This document shows, in pieces, positions 9,794 to 18,856 of a stretch of DNA of 64,000 nucleotides. The translations under genes and the position numbers were made by a program. How positions within the stretch are numbered: the first letter of the stretch is position 1; each line of letters opens with the position of its first letter. A model generated the notes under the pieces. It was not told the origin of the DNA. It did no database searches and was given only the letters and a program-made list of their open reading frames with translations. The stretch comes from Candidatus Gastranaerophilales bacterium (GTDB lineage Bacteria; Cyanobacteriota; Vampirovibrionia; Gastranaerophilales; Gastranaerophilaceae). The stretch covers positions 90,655 to 154,654 of the forward strand of contig CALUVV010000006.1 in assembly GCA_944324305.1 (NCBI GenBank), given 5' to 3'.

Positions 9794-9967
9794 TTATGAA
9801 TTTTTATTATCTTCTTCTTCATAAATCGGATAAACATAATGTTCACCGCAGTTAGGGCATACAACTTCCTGCTGTTTACCGTCTTCGAGCTTTGCTACTT
9901 CAAACAGAGTTTTGCATCCTGATTGCACGCATCTTATTGCCCAGCTCGGTCTTATTAATCTTGCCAT
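9794..9967 (-). CDS. small zinc-ribbon protein (57 aa), absent from the ORF track
   Basis: My translation: MARLIRPSWAIRCVQSGCKTLFEVAKLEDGKQQEVVCPNCGEHYVYPIYEEEDNKNS. GAGGAA RBS upstream. The stop lies 3 nt before the radical SAM start. Confidence 0.5.
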   Translation of the reverse strand: MARLIRPSWAIRCVQSGCKTLFEVAKLEDGKQQEVVCPNCGEHYVYPIYEEEDNKNS

Positions 9968-10115
9968 AAAACTTTCCTCTTAATTATTCTGTATTACAAG
10001 AATATTTTAGCATTGTAAGGTTTTTTGTGCAAGTCCGTAAAGATTGATTGACTGTTTAATTTAATATATGAAGCAGAGAGTTAGAATATTTATTGTTTAG
10101 AAAGGAGAATTGTAT

Positions 10116-10418
10116 ATGAAAAAATCATTAATCTTTCTTTCAATATTTATAGTTTCGTTTATAGCATTTATAGATGCTAAAGACAGAATTAAAGAACTTG
10201 ATGAAGTGGCAGCTAATACACCTTCACAGGTTGAAATGAAGCAAATGATTAATAAACCTGATGAACAAATGAAAAACCAAATACCTGATTATAAAAACAA
10301 TAGTCAAAAAAATGGCGAAACATTACAGGATAAAATGAATAACAGTAATAAATACAGGCAAAATCAGCTTGATAATGTTGATAAACGCAGAGATACAATA
10401 AATAAAACGGTTAATTAA
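10116..10418 (+). CDS. small secreted hypothetical protein
   Basis: Signal-peptide-like MKKSLIFLSIFIVSFIAFIDA. GGAG lies 8-9 nt before ATG 10116 (ORF-track start is TTG 10110). Confidence 0.55.
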   Translation: MKKSLIFLSIFIVSFIAFIDAKDRIKELDEVAANTPSQVEMKQMINKPDEQMKNQIPDYKNNSQKNGETLQDKMNNSNKYRQNQLDNVDKRRDTINKTVN

Positions 10419-11215
10419 ATTCCGTAAATCATTTCTCCGTAAAATTCTTCATTATTTTGATTTTCTTTTTTAGGTTTTTCGGGGATATTTCTGTCAAATT
10501 TAAGCGCGCCTCCGCTGTTTTCTTTAATCTCTCTTTCAACAGGCCTGATAGCTTTCGGGTAAAAACGAAGAATAACATTTTGTGATATACTTGCTGCAAC
10601 TGCAGTTTTTGAATATAACTTCAGCTTCTCCAGCTGCCCGTTTGCCTGCGCATAATTTTCAGCTTTAAACGAATTGTTATTATCTCCGGGGTTTATTGAA
10701 CAGCTGCCGCTCCACATTACAAGATTTGCTGACGTGTCGAGGAGAACTGCGGATGTTTCAAGCTTAAAAGGATAAGTAACATTGAAATCCGATGAAACTT
10801 CAAGGACTTCCCAAACACTTCTTTTTAAAGAATTTTTTTCTGTACTAACAGAGCTTGTTAAAACTAAAACATACTTATGCGAGAAATCTTTTCCTATCCG
10901 CTTGAATGCTTCGTAATCAATACTGTTTATGTTTTTATATTTATCTAAAGCTTTTTGTGCTTCGTTTTTTAATTCGGGATTTTGATTAAATTTTGCTCTG
11001 ATTTCGTACAAACCTAAAGATTTTATTTTGCCGTTTGACCTGTTGAAATTATTAATTACATCATTTGCAATAATTTCTGACATTTCATCAAAATTATAAT
11101 AGTTTTCTTTTGTTGACAGCAGGTCTGCAGGCAGAACAAGAACATCAAAAGCCGAGGCACAGGCAGGAGATATTAAAAACGCAAGAATAACCAAAATTTT
11201 TACTAAAGCTTTCAT
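10415..11215 (-). CDS. secreted hypothetical protein
   Basis: Signal peptide MKALVKILVILAFLISPACASA from the internal ATG at 11215 (ORF track extends to 11233). Confidence 0.6.
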   Translation of the reverse strand: MKALVKILVILAFLISPACASAFDVLVLPADLLSTKENYYNFDEMSEIIANDVINNFNRSNGKIKSLGLYEIRAKFNQNPELKNEAQKALDKYKNINSIDYEAFKRIGKDFSHKYVLVLTSSVSTEKNSLKRSVWEVLEVSSDFNVTYPFKLETSAVLLDTSANLVMWSGSCSINPGDNNNSFKAENYAQANGQLEKLKLYSKTAVAASISQNVILRFYPKAIRPVEREIKENSGGALKFDRNIPEKPKKENQNNEEFYGEMIYGI

Positions 11216-11285
11216 AATGTAATTATAGCACAATATCCTTTACTTAAAGGATTATATTTTTTTTATTATGAAGTAAAATTTCCGT

Positions 11286-11669
11286 ATGAACTACGAAGAA
11301 ATGATAAAATTGGCGGAAAAAGCCTCTGAAAATGCTTATGTCCCTTATTCTCACTTCCCTGTCGGAGCCTGCATATTAACCGAAGGCGGTAAAATTTATA
11401 CTGGATGCAACTTTGAAAATGCAAGTTTCGGCTTAACTATTTGTGCCGAAAGAAATGCTGTAGGTTCGGCAATTGCTGACGGAGAAAGAAAAATAAAAGC
11501 AGCTGCAATTTTTTCTCCGAAAATGGATAACTGCACGCCGTGCGGAGCATGCAGACAGGTTTTGCGTGAATTTAAATCTGACGAAGGGCTTGATATTATT
11601 ACAAAAGTCCCCGACGGTATAAAAGTTTATCCGATTGAGGAATTACTGCCGCAGTCTTTTATTCTGTAA
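11286..11669 (+). CDS. cdd: cytidine deaminase
   Basis: Zinc motifs CAERNA and PCGACRQVLREF. 127 aa. Confidence 0.92.
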   Translation: MNYEEMIKLAEKASENAYVPYSHFPVGACILTEGGKIYTGCNFENASFGLTICAERNAVGSAIADGERKIKAAAIFSPKMDNCTPCGACRQVLREFKSDEGLDIITKVPDGIKVYPIEELLPQSFIL

Positions 11670-11672
11670 AGT

Positions 11673-11903
11673 ATGTATTTAATAGAGCTGGTTGTTAAAT
11701 TATTTTCAAGAAAAAAGAAAGTTGAAGAGGTTTCATTTGATCCTTTTGCACAGGATAATCTTGAAACCTCTGAAGATTGTAAACATATCTTTCTGCCTGT
11801 GGACAGCACCGGAGAAATTCTTGCATGTTCAAAATGCGGGCTTGTCGTAAACAAAAAAGATTTAAGAGATATTAATATATTTAAAAGAAACTCTAAAATC
11901 TGA
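11673..11903 (+). CDS. small hypothetical protein, possible Cys-containing ribbon
   Basis: ATG 3 nt after the cdd stop. The CKH...CSKCG spacing is only weak support. Confidence 0.35.
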   Translation: MYLIELVVKLFSRKKKVEEVSFDPFAQDNLETSEDCKHIFLPVDSTGEILACSKCGLVVNKKDLRDINIFKRNSKI

Positions 11904-12522
11904 GAGGATAATCTTTCGGTATTTGCCAGCCCTCATATTGAATAAGTTTAGCGCAAAATGCATGATATTCTTCCGCGCAGCCATATTTGTTACCGTTTTT
12001 TAATAGTTTTTCACGTGTGCCGTCCCAACTATATGTGTATGGTTCAAATGTTGGTTTTACTGTATACTTATTAACGCTTTCTTCCTGCCCTGTTACTAAT
12101 ACGGGATTAAAACGAAATGCAAAATGATTTACTCCGGCTTTCTTATTTAGTAAAGCTTTTTTATTAACATAAAACCCCATATCGTATATGTAATTTGTAA
12201 CTTCAAGTATTCCGCCGTCATTTAAATAAATACGGAAAACATCTTTATCCTTCTCTAAAGATGCTATCTGTAAGTGTTTCCCTATATATGTATTAAACCA
12301 TACTATTGTTTCATCTGTGCTGCAAGTTGAAGAGCCGGATTGCCCACAGTCCATTGCCCATGATTCAACATCTCCGTATTCGGCAACAGAAGCATTAATA
12401 GCCTGGTTCATCACAGAATAAACCTTTTTTAATTTCGTAACAACTTCTTGTTTTTTGTGATTGGCAATTAATGCGGGCATTGTTAAAGAAGCAACAACAC
12501 CGATAATACCGAGAGTAATCAA
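11893..12522 (-). CDS. type IV prepilin-like protein (L3); body ORF lacking its own processing motif
   Basis: The ORF-track TTG start falls inside the ...A|FTLAEV LITLGIIGVVASLTMP helix. The FTLAE codons lie just upstream at 12540-12526. Confidence 0.8.
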   Translation of the reverse strand: MITLGIIGVVASLTMPALIANHKKQEVVTKLKKVYSVMNQAINASVAEYGDVESWAMDCGQSGSSTCSTDETIVWFNTYIGKHLQIASLEKDKDVFRIYLNDGGILEVTNYIYDMGFYVNKKALLNKKAGVNHFAFRFNPVLVTGQEESVNKYTVKPTFEPYTYSWDGTREKLLKNGNKYGCAEEYHAFCAKLIQYEGWQIPKDYPLRF

Positions 12523-12753
12523 TACCTCAGCCAGAGTAAAAGCGGTTGAGCGGCTAAGATGATAAGCGGCTAAGTTAAAATGACGAAAACGACTTAACTT
12601 CTTAGCTGCTTCGTCTCCCGGCTGCTTGTTAACGTGCGTAAAATCTCTGACAGAGCCAGAAAAAGTTTCACGAAAGTCGTGTTGCGGGGCTACGTGCGTA
12701 GCACCTTCAGCTAATGTAAATCCCTTTAACCCCTTCTGCCAAGCGACCTTTGC

Positions 12754-12763
12754 GGGGGGGGGG
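12754..12763 (-). repeat. homopolymer C10 on the coding strand (G10 as given) in the L3 leader; putative phase switch
   Basis: Counted 10 G. ATG 12791-12789 preceded by a GGAGG RBS. Offset to the pilin frame is 269 nt (mod 3 = 2). Confidence 0.65.
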
Positions 12764-12811
12764 CAACCCTTAACGCTTTGAAATTAAACATTTCAACCTC
12801 CTTTTTTTCTT

Positions 12812-12840
12812 ATTATATACTATATGAGGTTAAATTACAA
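12812..12840 (-). promoter_or_regulatory. sigma70-like promoter for the L3 leader (TTGTAA-N17-TATAAT)
   Basis: Read on the minus strand: -35 at 12840-12835, -10 at 12817-12812, about 20 nt upstream of the RBS. Confidence 0.45.
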
Positions 12841-12850
12841 TATTGCAGAA

Positions 12851-14104
12851 TTATTTTTTACTTATCATCATTTTGGAAAGAATATTTTTTGCCGCCTGCA
12901 GCTGTGCGTCATTATGAGTTTTTACGTCTTTAAGGCTGAATTCTACTTTAATATCCGGAGTAATTCCTTTTTTATTAATATCTGTACCTTTAGGAGTTAA
13001 ATATTTTGCTATGGTAAGATTTAAGCCTGTTTCGTTAGGCATCGGAATAATTTTTTGAACCATACCTTTGCCGTAAGTTTTTGTTCCGAGCAATTTAGCT
13101 TTATTATAATCTTTTAAGGCTCCTGATAAAATTTCGCTTGCACTTGCGGAATTACCGTCAACGAGAACAATTGTAGGTTTCTTTACACCGAACTCGGTAT
13201 CCTGTGCGTTAATATCATATTTATAGCCGTTTCTGCCGACAATGCTTACAATGTTGCTTCCTTCAGGCAGAAAGAGGTTTGCGATAAATATTGCGTTCGG
13301 TAAAAGTCCGCCCGTGTTACCTCTCAAATCAAGGATTAAACCTTTAGTATCTTTGGTTTTTTCGAGAGCTTCCAAAAATTCGTTGGGTGTGGTTGAACCT
13401 ATAAAGCTTGTAATCTGAATATATCCGATATTTTTATCAACCACGGAGCTTTTTACTGTTTTAATTTTAATTTCTTTACGCATAACTCTTTTTAAGAGTT
13501 TATCTTTATTTCTTAAAATCGTGATATTTACAAAGCTGTTTTCAGGTCCTCTCACAAGGTTTGCAACTTCCGAAAGCGCAAGCCCGTTAACTTCTTTCCC
13601 GTCAATGGCAAGGATAATATCATCGGGCAGAAGGTTTGCAAATTGCGCGGGGGTGCCGTCCATAACATTTACAATATGAATTTTACCTGCTATTGATGTG
13701 ATGTTTACACCTATGCCTGTTATTTTTGAATTTATTGAATTATTTTGCTCAAGATATTCGGTTTTTGACATGTATCTTGAATATGGATCATTTAAGCTTG
13801 CAAGCATTGTATCAATGGCAACTTTAGCATCCTCATCATTTTTTATTTGTCCGCGGTAATGCTCTTTCCATCTTCCCCAGGCTTGATTATTAAGTTCTGC
13901 ATCATAGTAGTTATCTCTGATAATTTTCCAGCTGTTGTCAAACAGCCTTTGTGAAGATATATGGTCATGGTCAACCATTTCCGGCATCTCTGACACTTCG
14001 TAATTACTTACACCCATAAAAATTTTATTAAGTGTAAAAAGTGTTAAAACCAGAAGTATAAATATGATTAACTGACTTCTCTTCATACGAATATTTAACA
14101 TCAA
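12851..14104 (-). CDS. ctpA: S41 family carboxy-terminal processing protease
   Basis: PDZ plus S41 core (RGNTGGLL, SASASEI, TYGKG) and an N-terminal membrane anchor. Confidence 0.88.
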   Translation of the reverse strand: MMLNIRMKRSQLIIFILLVLTLFTLNKIFMGVSNYEVSEMPEMVDHDHISSQRLFDNSWKIIRDNYYDAELNNQAWGRWKEHYRGQIKNDEDAKVAIDTMLASLNDPYSRYMSKTEYLEQNNSINSKITGIGVNITSIAGKIHIVNVMDGTPAQFANLLPDDIILAIDGKEVNGLALSEVANLVRGPENSFVNITILRNKDKLLKRVMRKEIKIKTVKSSVVDKNIGYIQITSFIGSTTPNEFLEALEKTKDTKGLILDLRGNTGGLLPNAIFIANLFLPEGSNIVSIVGRNGYKYDINAQDTEFGVKKPTIVLVDGNSASASEILSGALKDYNKAKLLGTKTYGKGMVQKIIPMPNETGLNLTIAKYLTPKGTDINKKGITPDIKVEFSLKDVKTHNDAQLQAAKNILSKMMISKK

Positions 14105-14156
14105 GAGATTTTTTTAATCAATATACTTTATAAGTAGTTTAGGAGATTAATCCGTA

Positions 14157-14846
14157 TCACAGATCTTCAAACCCGGGAGAGGTTGACGGAAGGTTTTTAT
14201 AACCTTCATTGGACATTACGGTTTTCTTAATATATTTGTTAGAGTATCCTCCGCGTTCAAATAATTTCTTTAATGTATTTTCCCTGACGACCAGCGGGTG
14301 AAGCTCATCATTGCTTTCGGGGTACAATTTAACAATTTCATACCATACCGATGCTTCCATAGTCCAGGCATATGTTTCTTCCGCAAGAGAATTGTATTCA
14401 TCCTGATGGAGAGCTTCATGCGACAGCAGGGCAGCAAGAGCGCCCGGAGGAGCGTCTTTATGACGCGGATTAATGAAGATAAAAAGCTGTTTATTCTTTT
14501 TCCAGCCAAGTGCATCGAATTTTGCATAGTCAGGGTTAATTGTTCCCAAATCTCTGAATTCTATTTTTACGGGACGACCGGAAAGGTTATTCCCTAAAAT
14601 TGCGTTTCTGGAAAATTCTCCGTTAGTACCCTTTAGCATGTCCAGTGCAACATAAAATACTTCATCTTTCCCTACGGATTTATACATTGGCGTAATTTGT
14701 TTAACATACTGCGAAGTATATTTTGCGGGATATGTTTTAGGCATTTCTATCAGTTCTTCATTTTTCTTTGCCGATAATGCGGGCAATTGGAGTGCCAGAA
14801 CTGTTGTTGTAATAAATAAAATCTTTTTTAATTGTTTACTATCCAC
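14157..14846 (-). CDS. secreted hypothetical protein with an HExxH motif (possible zinc peptidase)
   Basis: Signal peptide, and HEALH within LLSHEALHQDE. Confidence 0.55.
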   Translation of the reverse strand: MDSKQLKKILFITTTVLALQLPALSAKKNEELIEMPKTYPAKYTSQYVKQITPMYKSVGKDEVFYVALDMLKGTNGEFSRNAILGNNLSGRPVKIEFRDLGTINPDYAKFDALGWKKNKQLFIFINPRHKDAPPGALAALLSHEALHQDEYNSLAEETYAWTMEASVWYEIVKLYPESNDELHPLVVRENTLKKLFERGGYSNKYIKKTVMSNEGYKNLPSTSPGFEDL

Positions 14847-14930
14847 TAATCTTCTCCTATAATATTAATTAAAAACTACAAATGTAGCAGATACTTAATA
14901 TTATAATTATATTAATTCCGACGTCAAATT

Positions 14931-16505
14931 TTATTTTGATTTTCTGTTTAAAGAAGCCAGTTCTTTATACAGAATTTTGTATTCGGTATTTCCCGAAATG
15001 CTTTCAGCTTCTTTAATGTATTCAAGAGCTGTTTTGTAATCTTCTTTTTCTCTGTAAATTTTACTCATTTGCGCATAATATTCGGCATTATTTACGTCAT
15101 ACATAATTGCGCGTTTCATACATTCAATAGCTTCTTCGTAATCTTTTTCCGTCACTCTTACGAGTGCTAAGTAATAATAGCCTGCCGCAAAATTCATATC
15201 AATTGATATTGCCTGCTGCGCAAAATTCTTTGCTTTTTCATAATCTCCTGATGCAAAAGCCGCTTTTGCCCCTGTTGTGTATGCGGAAATATAGTTTTCA
15301 TTCTCACTCAGAATTTTATCCGTAATTTCTAAAGCATTGTCATATTTTTTTTCCGCAATATAAATTTCTGCAAGCTGACATTTGTAATTCAGGCTTTCAG
15401 GCGTTTGTGAAATAACTTTTAAAATAGTGTTTTCTGCCTTTTCAAAAAGCGCGAGTTCTCTGTAAACTTTAGAAAGAGCAGCGAGTGTAAAATTATCTTC
15501 ACAGCCTTCTTTAATGTTATTTTCAAGTTCTTCCTGCGCGCCAAGAAAGTCTTTTTTCTCGAATTTCAAAAGCGCATTCAAAACATGAGCAAGTTTGTAA
15601 TCGGGATTGTGTTCTAATATATAATCAACTTCTTTTTGTGCTTTTTCAAAATTTTTCTGCTCAAAATAAAGATATGCAAGCGAATATCTGTACCCCGGAA
15701 CATCAGGGGCAAGGCATATTGCTTGCAAATAAGCCTGTACGGCTTCTTTAAACCATCCGTTAAAGAAATATGCATTTCCGAGATTATAGAAATAACGCGG
15801 GTTATTTTTGTTTTTAGATGATGCCTTTGAAAAATATTTAACAGCATCAACAAACTTCATATCTTCAAGCGCAAACAAACCAAGATAATTTAAAATTTCA
15901 GGATTTTCGGATGTCTTAGAAAATGTGTTAAAAATATTTTTTGATTTTTCAAATTCGTTTTCATCAAAGTATATTTTCCCGAGAAGTACAAGAGCGTCTT
16001 CATTTTCAGGATTAAGCTCCAATGTTTCTTTTAATTTAGTTTTAGCTTCGTCAGGCTTTCCGTTATCGTAATATGCTTTTGAAATTCCGTATAAAATTTC
16101 ATCATTTATAATGTCAGAGCATTCAAATTTTTTAATTTTGCCCAAATCTCCTGTTACTGAAGAAATATGTATCAACTCAAGAAGATTTTGTGTATTTTTT
16201 TCAATATTAAAAACTTTTTCTGCTGTTTCATATGCATTGGTATAATCACTTGAGAACATATAAATTTTTTCAAGAATTTTCAATGCTTCAATATGCTTAT
16301 CATTTTTTAAAAGAACTTTTTCAAGATAGCTGACAGCTCTTTGGAAATTATTCAATAAAAAGTAAAGTTCTCCGAGCTGGAACAGAATTTCAATATTGTC
16401 ACTTTCTTCTTCAAGTGCTTTATAAAGCATCTCAATTGCCTGTTTATAACATTTTTGCGCCTTCAAATCAAATGCTTGTTTAATATATTCCAAAGTTTCC
16501 TGCAT
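14931..16505 (-). CDS. tetratricopeptide (TPR) repeat protein
   Basis: Repeated 34-aa A/Y/L periodicity along the full 524 aa. Confidence 0.8.
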   Translation of the reverse strand: MQETLEYIKQAFDLKAQKCYKQAIEMLYKALEEESDNIEILFQLGELYFLLNNFQRAVSYLEKVLLKNDKHIEALKILEKIYMFSSDYTNAYETAEKVFNIEKNTQNLLELIHISSVTGDLGKIKKFECSDIINDEILYGISKAYYDNGKPDEAKTKLKETLELNPENEDALVLLGKIYFDENEFEKSKNIFNTFSKTSENPEILNYLGLFALEDMKFVDAVKYFSKASSKNKNNPRYFYNLGNAYFFNGWFKEAVQAYLQAICLAPDVPGYRYSLAYLYFEQKNFEKAQKEVDYILEHNPDYKLAHVLNALLKFEKKDFLGAQEELENNIKEGCEDNFTLAALSKVYRELALFEKAENTILKVISQTPESLNYKCQLAEIYIAEKKYDNALEITDKILSENENYISAYTTGAKAAFASGDYEKAKNFAQQAISIDMNFAAGYYYLALVRVTEKDYEEAIECMKRAIMYDVNNAEYYAQMSKIYREKEDYKTALEYIKEAESISGNTEYKILYKELASLNRKSK

Positions 16506-16515
16506 TTATGCTCCG

Positions 16516-16920
16516 TTATTTCTTCTTATGATTTTTTTTGTGTTTATTTTTTTTCTTCTTAATGTTTTGCTGCTGATTGTTATTAATAAGGATTAAAACT
16601 TCATCTTCCCCTGCCATTTTAAGGTTGTTTCTTGCAATACCCTCAAGGCTGGACATCGAAGAAAACATTTTTATGTCCTGTTTTAATTCTTGGTTCTGGT
16701 TTTCTGCGGCATCTCTGATTTTTGTCAGAGTTGATATTTTAGCCCTGTAAGAAATTGTTTTCGAAATATTGAGTATAGCCCCGAAACCTATCTGTATAAG
16801 GCAGAACAAGAGAACAAGCGTCAAAAAAGAATAGTAAAACCCTGTTTTATTTTTGGATTTTACGGACGCAAATCCGGTAACTTCTTCCCGTGTATTATCC
16901 TGTTCAGTATTTTCAGCCAT
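16516..16920 (-). CDS. septum formation initiator (FtsB/DivIC-like)
   Basis: Single TM helix, coiled coil, and LEGIARNNLKMAGEDEVLI, which is typical of the DivIC family. Confidence 0.6.
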   Translation of the reverse strand: MAENTEQDNTREEVTGFASVKSKNKTGFYYSFLTLVLLFCLIQIGFGAILNISKTISYRAKISTLTKIRDAAENQNQELKQDIKMFSSMSSLEGIARNNLKMAGEDEVLILINNNQQQNIKKKKNKHKKNHKKK

Positions 16921-16981
16921 AAAACCTCACACCTGAATTATAAACGAAATAAGCAGTTAAAACAACAATATTAGAATAAAT

Positions 16982-17875
16982 TTACAATTTAAATTTTGTT
17001 GAAAAATTAAGTTCTGTTTTAGTTGTAACATTATCCGCGTATATAGTCTGTTTGGCTCCAATTTCAAATCTCAGGCGGTCTGTGTCTTTTTTCCCGAACG
17101 GGTTAATTGAAAATATTAATGCTCCTGACTTTCTGTTGCGGGTAATATCAGCTTTATACTCATTTTTAATTGACATATAATTGTTTAATTTGAATTCGGG
17201 AGCAAGCGAAATTGTGTCATAAAACAGGTTGTAAGTTGTATTTAAATTCTTTTTGTAAGTTGTGCTTAAAGCGAACCTGCTTTTTTCGTATTTGGTAAAC
17301 AAACCCGTTTCTGATTCCAGCATTGCTATGTTGTCGACTTCGTTTCCGTACAGCGCGCCGAATGTAAAATTTCCTCTTGTTTCAGATGCTCTTATTGAAT
17401 TCGGTGCAATCTTATACTCGTCATTTTTGTATCTGTTAATTGTTTTTGATGATGAGTGTTTTGTTAAGTTTAAGCCTTCGGAAGCGGATATTTTCTGGGG
17501 AACTTTTAAATTCACTACGAAATTGTTATTGTCATCTTTTAAATAAATAGCTTCGGCATCTTCAATATATTCGGCATAACCTTTAAGAACGGTTGCACCG
17601 AGAACAACTTCGTCATCATTTTCTGCGGACATATCAAGCATAATTTCTTCTTCGGTGTTTTCATCGGATGAAACAGATTTTTCATTAACATAATTATTTT
17701 CGTCTGCATCTGTTTCTTCCTTTGTTTCTTCTGGGGCTGAGTCCGGAATTTTATAAATAAATATATTCGGAAGGTCATTTTCTCCTCCCGATGACGGCAG
17801 CATTTTTTTGTTAAGCGAAAATGCAGGGATTTGCAAAACCATTAGTGATAATAAAAGTAATAAAACCTTCCTCAT
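16982..17875 (-). CDS. secreted/outer-membrane-like hypothetical protein
   Basis: Signal peptide, acidic linker, and a C-terminal half with alternating beta-strand pattern. Confidence 0.55.
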   Translation of the reverse strand: MRKVLLLLLSLMVLQIPAFSLNKKMLPSSGGENDLPNIFIYKIPDSAPEETKEETDADENNYVNEKSVSSDENTEEEIMLDMSAENDDEVVLGATVLKGYAEYIEDAEAIYLKDDNNNFVVNLKVPQKISASEGLNLTKHSSSKTINRYKNDEYKIAPNSIRASETRGNFTFGALYGNEVDNIAMLESETGLFTKYEKSRFALSTTYKKNLNTTYNLFYDTISLAPEFKLNNYMSIKNEYKADITRNRKSGALIFSINPFGKKDTDRLRFEIGAKQTIYADNVTTKTELNFSTKFKL

Positions 17876-17937
17876 ATAAATATTTTAAAACTTTATAAAA
17901 CTTAGTCAAATTATAAACAAATTTTCAGGTTAATCGG

Positions 17938-17966
17938 TTGAAAACTTTTATAAAATTTGTTATATT
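17938..17966 (+). promoter_or_regulatory. sigma70-like promoter for the L4 leader module (TTGAAA-N17-TATATT with an upstream TG)
   Basis: -35 at 17938-17943, -10 at 17961-17966, about 35 nt before ATG 18002. Confidence 0.45.
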
Positions 17967-18022
17967 AAAAAAGGATATATATATTTTGAAAGGAGCTAGT
18001 TATGAAAAGATTTAACAATGTC

Positions 18023-18032
18023 GGGGGGGGGG
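18023..18032 (+). repeat. homopolymer G10 in the L4 upstream leader module
   Basis: ATG 18002 (MKRFNNV) followed by G10. Offset to ATG 18133 is 131 nt (mod 3 = 2). Confidence 0.65.
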
Positions 18033-18086
18033 CGTTTTAGGGCTTTTTCCTTGTTATTTTAGGGGTTGTAAAAAAAATCAAAACTG

Positions 18087-18119
18087 TTATAATAGTGATA
18101 TAGCGCATCACTATTATAA
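18087..18119 (+). promoter_or_regulatory. 13-bp perfect palindrome TTATAATAGTGAT-N7-ATCACTATTATAA (operator-like or hairpin); each arm holds a TATAAT box
   Basis: Arms at 18087-18099 and 18107-18119 are exact reverse complements. TGTTATAAT lies at 18085-18093. Confidence 0.5.
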
Positions 18120-18132
18120 TGAGGTTTTAAAT

Positions 18133-18783
18133 ATGAAAAAGGCATTTACGTTAGCAGAAGTTTTGGTCACTTTAGGTATTATTGGTGTAGTGTCTGCAAT
18201 GACTGTACCTTCTTTGATGCAAAATCACCAGAGAAAAACTTATGTTACACAGTTACATAAAATATATAACGAGTTACAGCAGGCAAGCCTGCAATATATG
18301 ACCGACAATAATGCAATTAATATGAAAGAAGCGGGGATAATCAGCGATGATGCAGCTTCCGATTTTATAAAAAAGTATTTTAAAGTTGTGCAGGATTGCG
18401 GTGCAGATAAATCTCCCTGTTTCCCCGAACACACTGTATACAAAAAGTTGTCAGGAGCTGAAAATAGCGTCTGGGTTGGGAAACGTCATTTTGTTCTGGC
18501 AAGCGGAGCTTCCGTTTCTACATATTATCATCCGGAAGATGAATTGCTTCTTGAATTTTGGGTAGATATAAACGGACAAAACGGACCTAATATAATAGGC
18601 AGAGATTTGTTCGGGATGTATATGTCTGTAGACGGTGTTCTTGATGATTTAGCTTATAAATTTCCTTTATCAAAAGAAGAAAGAGAAAATAAATTTAATA
18701 CAGTCTGTAACGCCACTAACCAAGGAAACTTACATGGCTGTTTCGGTAAAATTCTTAACGATAACTGGGAAATGACGTATTAG
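18133..18783 (+). CDS. type IV prepilin-like protein (L4), WEMTY family, with its own ATG
   Basis: MKKA|FTLAEVLVTLGIIGVVSAMTVPSLMQNHQRK. GAGG RBS at 18121-18124. C-terminus CFGKILNDNWEMTY. Confidence 0.88.
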   Translation: MKKAFTLAEVLVTLGIIGVVSAMTVPSLMQNHQRKTYVTQLHKIYNELQQASLQYMTDNNAINMKEAGIISDDAASDFIKKYFKVVQDCGADKSPCFPEHTVYKKLSGAENSVWVGKRHFVLASGASVSTYYHPEDELLLEFWVDINGQNGPNIIGRDLFGMYMSVDGVLDDLAYKFPLSKEERENKFNTVCNATNQGNLHGCFGKILNDNWEMTY

Positions 18784-18856
18784 GGCTGTACTTGAAATCA
18801 AATCTTGCTCGTGGTATCCTTTTTGTGCTGATTTATAAATAAGAAAGAAGGAAAAA

